Shown: piece after piece, positions 48,920 to 63,446 of the stretch | Position numbering within the stretch: position 1 is the stretch's first letter | Layout of the letters: every line of letters starts with the position of its first letter | Assembly: GCA_964016885.1 (NCBI GenBank) | Contig: OZ024741.1 | Location: 268,336,001 to 268,400,000 of the forward strand | Reading direction: 5' to 3' | From: Eledone cirrhosa | Taxonomy: Eukaryota | DNA length: 64,000 bases | Position numbers and translations under genes: made by a program | Notes under the pieces: model-generated | Told to the model about the DNA's origin: nothing | Seen by the model: the letters and a program-made list of their open reading frames with translations, nothing else | Database searches by the model: none

Positions 48920-50445
48920 AGTTTTATGACACGGAAGAACTTTAGGTTAAGTTGGAATTTGATAAATAAAGTATTCTGGCAGACCATCCACCGACTTCGT
49001 TATAAAAAGTTCCTCTCCACACCTGCTATCAGGAACTTGTCTTCTCTCTGAAGAGAGGTGTATCTTCATGAGGGTGGAAGAATACTTTTCTGATCTCCCA
49101 AACCTGGTCACAACAATATCTGATGTTCATGAGGTGCATCTTGGGGTGAGGTCACCAGAGCAATTTAAAGTGCTCAAATATGGTGAGATCTCTAGGGAAG
49201 ATGAAATTTGGCCTGAGATGTTAAAAGTCTTAAATAGAGAAGGTATTCTCTGACTGACTTGTGTGTGTTGGCATGCCTGGATCTCAAGAAAGGCACCAAA
49301 GACATGGCAATCAGGAGTGATTTTCAAAAACGGAGACAAGAGATATTGCTCTAATTATTGAAGAATCTTCTTGTTAAGCCTACCTGGTAAAGTTTATGCT
49401 GAGTGAATGACAAAGAGATGTAGGAATATTATTGAGTCCAAGCTAGCTGATGAACAGTGTGGTTTTTACCCCAGTCATAACAATAGCCAACCAAATATTC
49501 ACTATGTGGCTGGCTTCAAGAAACCAAGGGGTGTATGCTTGTATCATGGACCTTGAAAAGGCAAATGACCATGTGGCATTAGACATATTGTGGAAGATTC
49601 TGTAGGAGTATAGATGTGGGTGTCAGATGCTACAAGGGGTTCATATTGTCACCTCTCCTGTCATAATCTTCATGAATAGGATTGACATGCACAGTTAGGG
49701 TGGAAGTGGTAACAAAACTGATGGGTGTAGAGTCAGTTGGTTGATATTTGCAGACAACATGGTGTTACTTATCTTGTCAGAAGGTGATCTCCAGCATTCA
49801 CTGAGTGCTGCAGACCAAGAATGAAATTCTGTGCTGTGAAGACTGAAACATTTGTTCTTTTGAGAAAGCCTGCACAGTGCTTTGTATGTGAGTGGAGTTA
49901 CACTGATGGAGGTGAAGAAGTTTAGATATCTCGGGGAAATTTTTATGACTGATCGAAAACATCAGGAGGATGAATTAAATGCAATCAACTTCAACAGTTG
50001 TTCATCAGTAGAAGAGAGTTAGGTGTCAAAGCCAAACTTATTATTTTTTAATTCAGTACTTGTCCCTCTCTTTATCAACATGAATCTTGAGTAATATCAA
50101 AAAGAATACGATCACGAATATAAGTGGCAGAAGTAAGGTTCCTCCAAAGGGTCATTAGAGTAACTTTACTCAATATGATACATAGCTTGGAGATCAGGGA
50201 GTAGCCACTACTTCCCTGCATTGAGAGATCACAACTCCAGTATTACAGACATGTAGTTAGAATATCTACAGAAAATGTTGCAGGACAGATTTTATGGACA
50301 AAGCTAACCAGCAGGAAACGCAGAAGTAGACCACAAGTAAGGTTGTTGGATAACATCCATAAGTTTGGCTGGTCTCACCTAGAGACAGTTGCTTCCAATG
50401 GGATCCTGATCCCATTACTTTCTCAGGAGTAAATGGATGATGAAG
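48920..50445 (+). mobile_element. Highly decayed RTE LINE (second family)
   Basis: GEDEIWPEMLK, SLPGKVYA, DEQCGF, DLEKA.D, LIFADN, FRYLG remnants. Confidence 0.75.
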
Positions 50446-50474
50446 ATGAGAAGAAAAAGCTACATACAAATATC

Positions 50475-51629
50475 TATACATATATATAAAACTGTAGTTG
50501 TCTGTGTGTGTGTGTGTGTGTGTCCTCATTTTTGCAAAGTCTATACAAATCCACATTTCTACTCCGATTGACTTCAAACTTGCATTTATATATTCCTTGC
50601 GGTCTAAAGATATTAACTGCAGCCTCTATTTTTCAATTTTCTGTTGTTAAAGGGGTGTTAGGCGCCGGTTATTGATCTCCGTCGCACCCTTATAATATCT
50701 GTCTGTATGTCTGGTTGTCTGCATTACAACATTATGACAAACATTGATGACGTATTATGTTCGCTATTTTCCGTTCATTGCCAGGGAATGTCTTCACAAA
50801 TCAAAGTATCGTCTTCCTGTTTTCCTTTGGTTGCAACGTTTTTCGAAATATTTACTTCTGCGTTCACAGATTGATTTTTTTAGTTTCAGAAGATCTTGTT
50901 AAGGGTGAAAGCAGCGATTCTTTGCTTAAACTTTAACCTGTTATTTTAATATATAATATAAGCGAGGCAAGCCAGCCCAGTTGCCACTTCTTGCCAATAA
51001 ACATTAACCCTTTGTGCGCCATTCATCTAACTGTAGACCAACAAATACCAAGTAAACGGAGCAAATGAATCTTCAAGGTAAGCAGTTTCCTCCCGAGTTG
51101 TTAGTTCACGCGGGATTCTCTGCTACACCTTTTCGTAATAATACCGAATAACGTACTGCTGGTCACTCCTTCCTCCAAAAGCCATACAACGCGGACATGT
51201 GCATTGGGCAGATGGATCGGGTGCAAATCTACACCAGGCCTACGCGAGAAATTCACAAGGGACTGCCCCGAGAGGGATAGAGGGAAAGAGTAACTTAGTG
51301 ACAAGAGTGTGAATGAACTTTTGAGGTAAGTAGCCTACGCCTTACTGCTATTGCACTGGAACCTTCTGCCAACTTAACCTGTGACTTTCTCTTTCACATT
51401 TACTCCAATAGGCCAAAACAGAGGAGTATGAAAAGAAGGGGCTCAACAATATTTCTATGAAGAATGCACGTAGACAGCTAAACTGTACTTTCAACTTCTT
51501 AATTTTCTCCAAATAAAACCTGTTGGTATATTTTCATGAGTTTTTAACAGGCACTCACAAATAAACGTTTCTTACTGGAGGTGCTATTACCAATGTTTTT
51601 ACCCATGCAACGCCTGGATACACTGCTAG
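50475..51629 (+). mobile_element. Non-autonomous Helitron-like element
   Basis: 5' TATAAAACTGTAGTTGTCTG(TG)n; 3' CCCATGCAACGCCTGGATACACTGCTAG|T terminus. Confidence 0.65.
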
Positions 51630-52139
51630 TATTGTATATAATCGTGTATAAGTTGCAGTGTTTTTTATGAAAATATGACAAGAAAAACTAGCAAACAATT
51701 TATCTACTGGTCCTACAAAACCTCAAAACATGTGATTGATTGTAAATGTATATGAAGTGGAGGTATGACTTATCTACCAGTGCAACTCATATACAAGTAT
51801 ATATATATATATCATCATCGTTTTTCCGTTCTCATATTTGCATGGGTTGGACAATATATATATATATATATATATATAGATGTATATATAGATTTTTGTC
51901 ATTGTTTTTATAACTGCTTTTCTAGAGTGGCAGGGGTTGCATTGGATTTTTTTAAAGCAGTATTTTATGACTGGATGCCCTTCCTCAAGTCAAACTTTTT
52001 AGTTGCCGTAATATATATTATAATATATATTACAAGTCCAGCAAAACGGTTCTCTAGTATGTATGTATATATATATATATTTTTTTTTTAAGCGGACGTA
52101 AAATGATGATGATCATCATCATCATAATTATATCATATG

Positions 52140-52193
52140 TGTATATATATTTTTATATATATTATGTGTCTGTATAAATATATATATATATAT

Positions 52194-52277
<84 letters not shown>

Positions 52278-52283
52278 TAATAT

Positions 52284-52318
<35 letters not shown>

Positions 52319-52337
52319 TTTTTAATATATATATATA

Positions 52338-52415
<78 letters not shown>

Positions 52416-52468
52416 TATATATATATATTTATATATATATATATATATATAGATAGATAGATAGATAT
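52140..52468. repeat. Long (TA)n-rich microsatellite plus (GATA)n
   Basis: Direct reading. Confidence 0.95.
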
Positions 52469-53060
52469 ACACAGTATATAGTATTATATATCTGTGCGAG
52501 TACTGACAAACCAATGTGGGACATCTATACAAAGTTTAGTTGCTGGAGTAAACGAGTCAAGAATTTTGCTCTGAGAAAAATGTTTTCTTTTAATCTTCAT
52601 TTACAAGAAAGGAAAAGCTTGCGTATGTAGAAAGTCTGCATAAGAAAAAGCTTTATTGTTCCAAGCACGTTGGCGCATACAATTTGAAGCTTGACCCTTG
52701 TTGTTTAGTTATCTCCCTTTAACTGTTATGTAATCCAAGCTGTCTGCTGGGGCTTACATAATAACCCAGAACATGATGACATAGATGTGAGTGACTAGAG
52801 TTTCGGTAATAGTTTACATAGCTTGTATTCTCTGCCACATAGCACTATTTAACTGAGATATTTGACCTAGTATTTTGTGTCAACAACGTCATACCAAAGA
52901 CTGCAGTCAGTCACATATATTCACCACAATTAACACATTTTCAATATTGTTGATTAGAATGTATATATACATATATATATATAACAAAGGAATTGTGGTA
53001 AGGAACCAGATGGACCATAACGCACCAGAGTACTCAATACTTAGGGTAGTAGAGTGGGAA

Positions 53061-53200
53061 ATAGGAAAAAGTATGACCCCGACGGTAGAGCTCAAGCCGT
53101 TTCGACGGCTATTTCTGGAAAATAGAAATAGCCGTCGAAAATAAAAATAGCCGTCGAAACGGCTTGAGCTCTGCCGTCGGGGGTCATACTTTTTCCTATA
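53061..53200. repeat. Near-perfect ~55-bp inverted repeat (hairpin)
   Basis: ATAGGAAAAAGTATGACCCCGACGGTAGAGCTCAAGCCGTTTCGACGGCTATTT mirrored at 53145-53199. Confidence 0.88.
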
Positions 53201-54961
53201 TATATATATATATACGTATATACACACACACATTTATATTGTTTATTAATTTTTTGTTTAATATAGTCAGTCTAAATTGATATATATATATACATATATA
53301 TATATTAGCAAAAAAATGAGAAATTGTTGCTAAGTTTATGAAAAGTGATAACTTCAGTCACACAGTTACGCACACACACATGCACACGCATTTACATATT
53401 CACTCACTGGTACATATACACACACACACATGGGTGCACACATAAATACCTACATGTATGTATATTCATAAGTGCATGTATGTGCCTGCATGTTTGTGTG
53501 TTTGTGTATGTATGTGTGTGTGTTTGTGGTGTGTGTTTGTGTGTGTGTGTGTGTGTGCGTGTGTGCATATCTGTAGTTGTAATTTGGAAAAAATAAAATC
53601 GTTTCTAAACCTCAAGCATAATATTAATTCATCATTGCCTTAATATATATACCATAACCTCTTTATTCTACCCCACCCGCTGTTCTCAGTTAACCAGCCT
53701 TTGAAAGGGGATGACGGGATTCGGGAGGAGAAAGATTCCATGAAAGGATCTCATACAGAAATTGAGTTACATTGTAGTAATTTGTTGTTAAGCAGTTAAG
53801 TTTGCTTCACAACTATACAGTTCCAGGGTTGTTCCCAATGTGCAACACATTGGGAAAATGTCCTCTACGATATGTAATAGTAATGGCAAAAGGCCCATAT
53901 ATCCTGATGGAGTCATAGAGTCAACATCCCAGATACATAATGTGTCTTGGGCATTTTAAACCTGGCAGAACCCATCCCTCTCCAGGCTGGAACACAGCAA
54001 ATTTCTTCCAGGAAAAAAGAGAATCTACTCCAGTACTAAAAGTCTAAAGTTTGTCTCAAGTTTGGAGGCTCATCAGGCTGGTGCTTATCCTGGTTTCCAT
54101 GGCATTAAGTGACTGAGTGTACAAGACTTCTCCATGGACTGAACACTAGTCCATTGTAGGTTTAAACTCCCAGCTATTACTGGTACTCATATTCAGCTGA
54201 ATATACTGGAGCAGCATGAAAAAAAAGTGTTTTGCTGGACTGGTACTTTATTTATCAACCTCAAAATGATGAAAGACAAAGTTGACCTTGGCAGGATTTT
54301 AATTTAAAGTGAAGTAAGCCAGAACAAATATGAAAACATTTAAAATCTGATGCCCTAAATACTCTGCCAACTGATCACGTGTCTTCTATGTTGGGTTAAC
54401 TAAAGCTATGCTAGATGGAAATTGTGTGGAAACCTGTCTAAAGGAATGTGCTTGCTCTCTTGTGGCAGACACACTGTGTCACTCAGTTTAACCCTTTTGA
54501 TACAACCCCCTAAAAACATGTCCCTGGTTTTATGATACTAAGCTGTTTATTTTTAAGTGTTTAATATTCATCTAAAACCTGTCCATCATGATTTTATATA
54601 AGAACCTTTGTTAAGCTATGTTTCAAGTACCAGCTTAATAATGCAAAAGTTAGTCATATTACTAAATCATTCTAAATTCTTGGTTATTTAAAAACAAAAG
54701 GCAGTGTCTTTCATTAGAAATATGACAACAAAAACTTAACTTCTTTTTTGCAAGAATTCAGCTCAGGTACCCAGTCTGAGAAAAACAACTTCCTCCATTC
54801 TCTCACCAGACCCACCAGACCCAGAGTCATTGAAAAGGGTTATAGTTGCTGCCCTGCCATTACCATCTTTATAATGAAATACATTATCTATATGTTTCAA
54901 TTAATTTTGCAAATAATCAAGAATTTGAAGGAATTTAATAAAATAAGGTGTGTGGTTTAAT

Positions 54962-55220
54962 GAAGGCAGGTGACATAGTGGTTAGAGAATTGGATTTGCA
55001 ATTGTGATGTTGCAAGTTTGATTCCCAGACTCTGCAATGTGTTATGTCCTTGAGCAAGACACTTTATTTCAGATTGCTCTTTCTACCAGGAGTTACGACT
55101 GGTAGATAGTATCAGCAATGGAAAGACCAATAGAAACATAGTTTCCTTGATCCAATTTGGTGAGTTCCACCCCCACTTGATATGCAAATGAGACTTGGGA
55201 TCTTGTCAATCGATTCTGAA
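54962..55220 (+). mobile_element. tRNA-headed SINE, third tail type
   Basis: Head plus CTTGAGCAAGACACTT core, then tail shared with 17715-17810 (-). Confidence 0.65.
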
Positions 55221-55248
55221 GTAAAATAACTAAAGACAGAAAATAAAG

Positions 55249-55634
55249 CTTAGTGGTTAGAGCATTGGCCTTGCAATCGAAAGGTTGTGAGTTCAATTCT
55301 CAGACCGGGTGATGTGTTGTTTCCTTGAGCAAAATACTTTATTTCACATTGCTCCAGTTTACTCAGCTGTAGAAATGAGATGATAGGAACTGGGGTGCCT
55401 ATCATTCCAGTGCAAAAGTGGTCGTGGAGGTGCCACAGCAAAAAAAGCACCCAGCCCACACTGTAAAGTGGATGTGTAGGCGCCACGGAAAAAAAAGCAC
55501 CCAGCACTCACTGTAAATGAGGTTGGTGTTAGGAAGGGCATCCAGCTGTAGAAATCAAGCCAGAATCAGTTCCCGTCCCACCCTTGCAAGCAAGGAAAAG
55601 CGGACGTAAAATGAAATGATGAAAATGATGATGA
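55249..55634 (+). mobile_element. tRNA-derived SINE with RTE tail (two 42-bp units)
   Basis: Closely similar to 23096-23424 plus one extra UTR repeat. Confidence 0.88.
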
Positions 55635-56499
55635 ACAGTCAATCACCATAGATGATAGTTGAGAAAACTGGGTAAATTACCCTTAGAAACAGAAAAAAGT
55701 GGACAGAGGTAACTAGTTTTTTTCTGTATCTAAAAAGAACATACCAAACTTTCTCAACTATTTATCTAGAGTAATCAACTGTTATTACAGTTATTTTCTG
55801 CATTTGAGACTTTCAAATTTCAAATACTCCCAGCACTTCAATAATTCATAAAGTTTAAAATATCTTTTTCATTATTATGCTGATGTTTGGAACATTAGTG
55901 AACAAAAGATTCTTACATTAAATTAGGATCAAAATATTTTGATATTTGTATAAACACTTCAAAAGGAAGTATAAACAGGGAGCAGTTTCAGGCAAGTTAG
56001 TATCAAAAGGTTTTTTTTTTAAATGGCTGTCTTATATCCAATGAAAGTGGAGCTGTTAAAAGAACCCATATAATATGTTAATCAATGTTAAGAGTCAAAA
56101 TAAAAGGTCAAGATGGAGAGCCAAGGGGAATAAGTAAAAAAAATCTAAGGGTTACAGTTTCCATACCTGAGATATCTGCTCTGCAGTTATATCTACATTA
56201 AATTTATCTAGGATGTCCCCCCAAACCCCGACAGACTCTGTAAAATGATAGTGCTGGTGCCATGATAAAAAGCACCCAATCCACCCTGTCAGGCAGTAAT
56301 GCGGGTGCTGCAATGAAAAGCATTCAGTCCACCCTCTAAGGCAGTAGTTCTGATGCTATGTCAAAAAGCATCCAATCCACCCTTCAAGGTGGTAGTATTG
56401 GACTTACGATAAAATGCTCCCAGCACATACTGTAAAGGGATTGGCATTAGAAAGTGCATCCAGCTGTAGAATCTTGAGGCAAGATTGGTTGGATGATCA

Positions 56500-57805
56500 T
56501 GTCTCGCTTGTATAGAACTGTTTCTGGCTGGTTTTCTACAGCTGGATGCCTTTCCTAACAACAACCACATTTACAGTGTAGACTGGGAGCCTTTTTACCG
56601 TGTCTCCTACATGACCACTTTACAGTGTGGACTGGGTGCTTTTTGTCGTGACACCTACACGAACACTTACAGTGTGGACTTGATGTTCGGTGGTACCAAC
56701 ATAACTTTACAGAGAAAGGGTGGTGTAAGCAGAAGTGAGAGGATGGAGTAGGGTGTGTGTGTGGGGTGTGTATATTAGGCTAAGAGTGGCCTACTGACTG
56801 TAGGTTTAAGTTCGTACGTAAGGGAAGGTAGGTCTTCTGTATTACTGTATAGCGCCAAAGATTTCAATCCAGTGACATTGTCTTAGAGAGGTGTAAGTGT
56901 GCAAGGTCAGTTTTTATCACCTCGTCCCAGTTTTTTCTGGGTCTACCTACTCCGTAGCTTCCATCAATTTTGATTTGCACTTTTTGATACAGTTGTCATC
57001 CTTCATATGCATCACATGACCATACCAAAGTAATCTCCTCTTAAGTAAACTGCATCTGATTACTCTTATTCCTAATTTCTCACTTAGTTCATTTACATTT
57101 TGCCATTCGTGTATATTACTATTACACATCCAACAGAGGACGCATGCTTCATTCCTATCTAATCTGCGCAGGTCTTCTACACAATGTCCATATCTCACTA
57201 CCATGTAACATTGCTGTTCGTATACAAGCATTGTACAATCTGCTTTTCATTTTTAGAAAGAAACATTTTGTTGCCAACAGCGGTATTAGCTCTCTGAACT
57301 TTTTCCATCTCATTCTGACTCTGGCTACTGTACTTTCAGAACACCCTCCTCCACTGCTGATTTTGTCACCCAGGTAACAGAAAGTGTCTGCTATTTCTAT
57401 AGAACCATCTGGGCAGTTGAAGGAACTAGTATCCTGTGAGCACTTGCTACTTACTGCACCTGAGCATTGGCCACATATAAAATCTACATTCTTAAATAGT
57501 TTACCTGTGATCCCACTACATCTTTTATGTACCCATAGTTTGCATTTGGGGCATAGAATGGAATTTCTACCTACTCCTTTCCTACACACTAAGCATGGCC
57601 ATTTCTCAGAGGGTACCTGTGCCCTATTTCTTTTCTACATACTAGAACTTTAGACTTAGACAAGTTAACCCTTAAGGCCTTTTAACTTTAAGTTAACTTT
57701 AAGGTCTTTTGATTCTAGGCCATGCTTCCATGTTTGGAATTTCTTCTCTAATTCAGCCATAAATTCAGCTATGAGAGTTAGATCATCTGCGTATAGGAGT
57801 TCCCA
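56500..57805 (-). mobile_element. RTE LINE 3' portion (YADD, PHD finger, C-terminus, 3' UTR), frameshifted
   Basis: WELLYADDL, CRKGVGRNSILCPKCKLWVHKRC, FCYLGDKISSGGGC, RRLLWYGHVM. Confidence 0.9.
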
Positions 57806-58024
57806 TATATATATATACAGAACTATACACATGCCATCATATATATCTACACACACAGACACACACACACACATATATATATACACATATACACACAAAG
57901 ATACACTCATATATTTATAGGTATGTATGTATATGTGTGTGTCTGTGTGCGTATGTATATGGGGTATGTAGTTTTTTAAAATTCTCCAAGCTGTAACAAG
58001 AATTTAAGACTTGGTTGTTCATAG

Positions 58025-58760
58025 AAACTCCTGTATGCTGATGACCTAGTTCACTTAGCTGAATCTGTTAAAGCAAAGACTAGAATTGAGAAAGTTTTAA
58101 GTAAACCTAAAAAAGACAAAAGTTTTAATTAAAAAGAAAGAAAACAAACCTCTACTGCCATCTGAGAAGTGGCCATGCTCAATACAAAAAACAGGAGTAG
58201 ATAGGAACTCTCTTCTCTGTAGCAAATGTAAACTATGGGTGTACAAGATATGTAGTTGAATCACAAACAAGCTGACAGAGAAGGAAGACTTTGTATGTGA
58301 CATATGAACAAGAGTGGTTCGCAGTAAGAACACCCATGAAATAAATTCTTTAAAATACATGGAAAGCTTCATAAAAACTGCAGATAGCTTCTCAAAACTA
58401 GATGACCTAATTAGCGGAGAAAGTGGATGTTCTGACAGTATAGTAGCTAAAGTAAGTGCTGGGTGGACAAAGTTCAGGGTGCAACTAAGAGATCCTTTTT
58501 CCAAATGAAGGGCAGATAGTATGATGTTTATGTATGAAGCCCTATGTCGCATGATAGCAAAACCTGAGCAATGAATGCAAAGGCTTGGAAAAAAAATGAG
58601 GGAAGCATTCTCTACTGGATGTGTACATGAACAATGGAACAAAATAAATGTGAGAAAAAAGCTGGGTATAAGAGGAAGTGGTTGAAGTGTATAGGTGGAA
58701 GGAACCTGGGATAGGGAAAGAGCAAAAAAAGCAGGGAAAAACGGATGTAAAATGATAACG
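58025..58760 (+). mobile_element. Decayed RTE fragment with PHD remnant
   Basis: LLYADDL, KWPCSI..GVDRNSLLCSKCKLWV, DLISGESGCSDS. Confidence 0.75.
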
Positions 58761-58824
58761 ATGATAGATGTGTGTATGTTTAAATATGTATATATAGATA
58801 TATAATAATAATAATAATAATAAT

Positions 58825-59840
58825 GTTTTCTTTATTAACCACAAGGGTTTACATAAAGTAGACATTAAGGACAGTACAGGACAATACAGGACGGTACAAA
58901 TGGACATTTCTGCGTGTAAAAAAACAGAGGATGTAATAAAAAAATAACAATGAAAAATTCCCCAATAGGGGGGGAGACTTCCGATGGACATTTGTGGAGA
59001 AAGCCTATTAAAAAGCCACAGTGACCCTGACCACCAGGGCAAGTGCCCTCTCCCAGTTTTCCACCTTTAATTTACAGATACATACTCAGAGTAGGCCCAT
59101 TCACTCGGGCCATACTTGCTTCTCTCACCCATCTTTCAACAAAATGCTGGGAAGAGAGCACTTCCCTCTCTACCCTGATTTTCCTTTTCAAATGAAATTT
59201 GAAAAAAGTTAATCAGGGCATCACCGAAGAGGTAAGTGCTCGTCTTCAGCCCTTTCAAACGTGTCCACCATACTATCTCTTTCGCCATGGCCACCAGACA
59301 GATAAAAACTGCCTGCCCTTCCCGGCTAAAGGAAGAGGGCGGGGCAATCCTCACGATGGACTCAGCTGATAGCTGGATCCGTCCTACATGTGACAGCAGG
59401 TGTTCGACATAAACCCACAAGTCAGCAATGCTCGGACACTGGACGAGTGCGTGCAGGATGGTTTCGTCGCCCTGCGCGCATCTCGGACATGCCCGGCTGA
59501 TGGTACCTCCATGCCTGTAGAGTTTATCCTGAACTGGCAAAGCTCCTCGGTAGCACTGCCAGGCCAGGGATTTCTGGAAGTTGTCCATAGGCCCCGGCGC
59601 GAAAGTTCTTCCGAAGAGATTGGCTAGTTGATTTTCGTCGATGCCTAGAGTTTCTCCAAGTATGTCGTTGCTCTTCCCCTCCACTAATCCTCTATAGAAC
59701 GCCAAGGTGGAGTTTCCACCGATCACATTGCCCGATTGGTGGAGGGCTGTGAGCGCCTGAAGACATTCCAGTCTCCAAGCGCTCCCTCTCGGTCTTCGCT
59801 TGACCCAGGACTGCAGCTCCGTCAAGGAGACAAGCTGGGG
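58825..59840 (-). mobile_element. Tx1/L1-clade LINE 3' fragment with CCHC zinc knuckle, flanked on both sides by (AAT)n
   Basis: LAWQCYRGALPV..CPRCAQGDETILHALVQCP; 3' UTR homologous to 63446-63715. Confidence 0.85.
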
Positions 59841-59862
59841 AAATAATAATAATAATAATAAT

Positions 59863-62800
59863 AGTAACCATACATTCACCAATCCTCGATAAGAGTGTTT
59901 AAATGTCGAACCTAAACAGTTCGAATAACGGTGAAGTGGAGACTGGAATGTCATGTGACAGACTCTCACCCAGCAGGTGCTCCCTGGCCCAGCAGCAGGG
60001 ACCTGGCTGTCATCCAAATACTGCTGGTGTTGGAGGAAGAAGAAGAAGGAAAGGGACCAGAACCAAGTGGACGAAAGAATTGAATAGAACTGTTATGCAA
60101 TGTTACCTGAAGAGTAACCCCAAGGAAAAAGGCTATAGGAAACGGATGCATAGCATCTGGAACAAGATTGGTCTATTTAAATTAGATGAACAAAAATTGG
60201 CTGGGCAGGCCCGGGTAATAAGAAGTAATGGGTGGATAAGTGAGCTGGAACTGGAGGAACTCAGCAGAGAGATTAGCTTGGAGATGGAGGGTGGAGTATG
60301 CCAGGCAAACGAGCCAGTGGGAGATGAAGATGGAGAAGAGGTTGAGAGAACGGAGGAACCATCCAAAGCAGACAATGATCTGAATGCTGAAATAAATAAT
60401 ACCTGGAACAAAGATACGGCCATTGAGGAAATGAATGCTGATGGGCTAGGACAAGATTTGGTTGATATCCTAAACTTAGTGGTAGATGAAATGAACAATG
60501 ATAGTGGGAAACCTATGAACCTAAGATTTGTAGACAGGAAAAAGTTAAAAGAAACAACAGCTAAGGTAAACAAAGTCATCCGATACCTTGAGGCGAGGAG
60601 CCTTCACCAGTGCAACAATATCCTCAAAGCAACAGCAAATGCGGTGAGGAAATTATTGGCATAAAAGCGAGAAAAAAACAAAAAAGATCAAAACCTTGGT
60701 GGAAACAAACAAGAAAGATCAAAACCTTGGTGGAAGAAACGACTGAATGGTCAAATCAGAGAAATGAGAAATGACATTGGAAAGCTTGAGTTCCTACTGA
60801 ATGGGACACTAAAAAACATAGACACTAAAAATAGACTGGAAATAAAGTACAAAACTAGGAGGAAAAAACTAAATATTATCATAGAGGAACTGAAGCAACG
60901 CATTGTAGCAAAGAGCACAAAGATTAGGCGATACGAGAGCAGAGTCAGTCAGTATAGACAGAACCGCATTTTTGACAACAACCAGAAGATGTTGTTTGGA
61001 CAGCTTGAAAGGAAAGAAAGAGGCAACGACTTGATCCCTGAGGCAGAACAAACTAAGACATTCTGGAGAGGAATATGGGAGCAGGGTGTTGAACATAATG
61101 ATCAGGCAGTGTGGATTGAGACAGTACAAAAGGAGATTAGTGAACCAACAAACTGATTTGAGTATCACAGTTGAAACTCTTAAGGGGCAGGCCAGAAAAC
61201 TAACCAACTGGAAATCACCAGGCCCAGATGGTGTGCAGGGGTATGGGATTAAAAATAACATCCCTCCACCCGAAACTGACAACCATGTTCAATGACTGCT
61301 TGATGACTGGTGAGGTACCAGAGTGGCTGACAAAAGGTATCACAGTTCTGGTAATGAAAGACCGAACCAAGGGTAATGATGTTACCAACTATAGACCTAT
61401 CACATGTCTGTCCGTAATGTGGAAACTGTTAACAAGCATTGTGTCTGAGGAAATCTACCATCACCTCCACATAAACAACTTGTTACCGGACGAACAGAAA
61501 GGATGCCGAAAGAAGTCCCATGGTACAAAGGACCAGTTACTTATTGATAAGATGGTAATGAGGAATTGCAGGAGGAGACACACTGGTCTTGCCATGGGAT
61601 GGATAGACAACAAAAAGGCATTCGACATGGTACCTCATTCTTGGATAACCAAAAGCCTAGAGATCTTCAGGGTGGCAGATAACATCAGACAGTTGTTGAG
61701 CAAAAGTATGAAGTCCTGGAAAACAGAGTTAACATCGGGCGAAGAATCCTTGGGAGGCGTGAGGATCAAGAGAGGTATCTTCCAGGGAGATAGTTTGTCC
61801 CCTCTGTTGTTTGTCCTTGCCCTGATCCCCTTGACCATTATACTGCGAAAAGTGAGAGCAGGATAAAAGGGAGAGCTTACCATCAATCACCTCCTCTTCA
61901 TGGACGATCTTAAGCTCTTCGGGAGTTGGATGTGCTTGTTGACACTGTCCGTATTTTCAGCAATGATATATGTATGCAATTTGGTATTAGTAAGTGTGAA
62001 GTCCTTGTGATGAAGAGGGGTAAATTGAGCAGAAGCAATGGAATCCAGGTACCAACAGGTGAGATGATAAAGGAAATTGATGCTGAAGAGGGATACAAAT
62101 ATTTAGGTGTTCTGGAGGCTGATGACATCAAGAACAAAAAAATGAAGGAACTGATAAGATCTGAATACATTCGGAGAGTAAGGAGTGTACTAAAGTCACA
62201 TCTGAACAGTAGGAATGCCATAAGTGTAGTAAATTCCCGAGCTGTGTCTATTATTAGGTACAGTGCGGGAATTCTGAGATGGAATGTTGCTGAACAAAAA
62301 GAAATGGATAGGAAGACTAGGAAGCTATTGACTATCTACATGTTCCACAAAAGGAGTGATGTCGATAGACTCTACTTAAGGAGATCTGAAGGTGGAAGAG
62401 GTCTTGTCAGCATAGAGGACTGTGTTCAGATGGAGAAAAACAATCTACACAAATACATGACTGATAGTAGAGAGTCAATGCTCAGAATTGTACTGAAGGA
62501 GAGGACAATAGACCAGGGGATGTCTAAGGAGGAAATAACAACAAGGAGAAAGAGCAACCTTCATGAAAAATCCCTTCATAGTACGTTCTTTGAGAACACT
62601 GAATTCAGAGATCCACAGACATGGAACTGGTTGAAAAGAGGAGACCTTAAAAAGGCTACAGAAGGAATGCTAATGGCTGCACAAGAGCAGGCCCTCAAAA
62701 CGAAGTGGCTGAAACACCATATTTACAAAGAGGAGGCTATCCCACTGTGTAGGGTCTGTGGAGAGAGAGAGGAGACTGTGGCTCACATTGTATCCGAGTG

Positions 62801-63397
62801 TAAACACCTAGTCCAGACTCACTATAAAGGCTAGAGACATGATGTGATGGGCAGGGTGATCCACTGGCACCTATGCAAAGTAAACAATTTACCACATTCT
62901 GAGAAGTGGTATGAGCATAAGCCAGAGTCGGTGATGGAAAACGATCAGGTAAAGGTGCTGTGAGATTTTAGGATACAAACGGACAAGAAACTGGAACACA
63001 ATAGACCTGACCTGGTGGTTTTGGACAAGGGAAAAAGATCGTGCCTGATTGTGGATGTAGCCTGCCCATTCGACACGAGAGTGCAAGAGAAGGAGAGGGA
63101 GAAAATTAACCGATACCAGGACTTAAAGTGGGAGGTAAAAAGGATTTGGAAATGCCATGAGGTCAAAGTGGTCCTGATTGTCATAGGCGCACTAGGTACT
63201 ATCTCAAAGAGTTTCCAAGGATGGTTAAAGAAAATTGGTCCCGCCCCGCTTTTTGGAACACTTCAAAAGGCATGCTTGCTGGGAATAGCAAGAACCCTCC
63301 GATACATCCTGAATATCTGAGGCTGCAGGTAGTGGCTTGATATTCATTTCAACAAACATTCCAGTTAAATAACATCAATGACTGAGACTCAAAGAAC
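59863..63397 (+). mobile_element. Near full-length R4/Dong-type RLE non-LTR retrotransposon (frameshifted), flanked by (TAA)n
   Basis: N-terminal KWTKELNRTVMQCY..GYRKRM; RT NYRPITCL, GIFQGDSLSPLLF, LFMDDLKL; CRVCGEREETVAHIVSEC knuckle, RHD, RPDLVVLDK..IVDVACPFD..EKINRYQDL restriction-like endonuclease; stop at 63320. Confidence 0.9.

Positions 63398-63445
<48 letters not shown>
63398..63445. repeat. (AAT)n microsatellite between Dong-like and Tx1 elements
   Basis: Direct reading. Confidence 0.95.
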
Positions 63446-63446
<1 letters not shown>

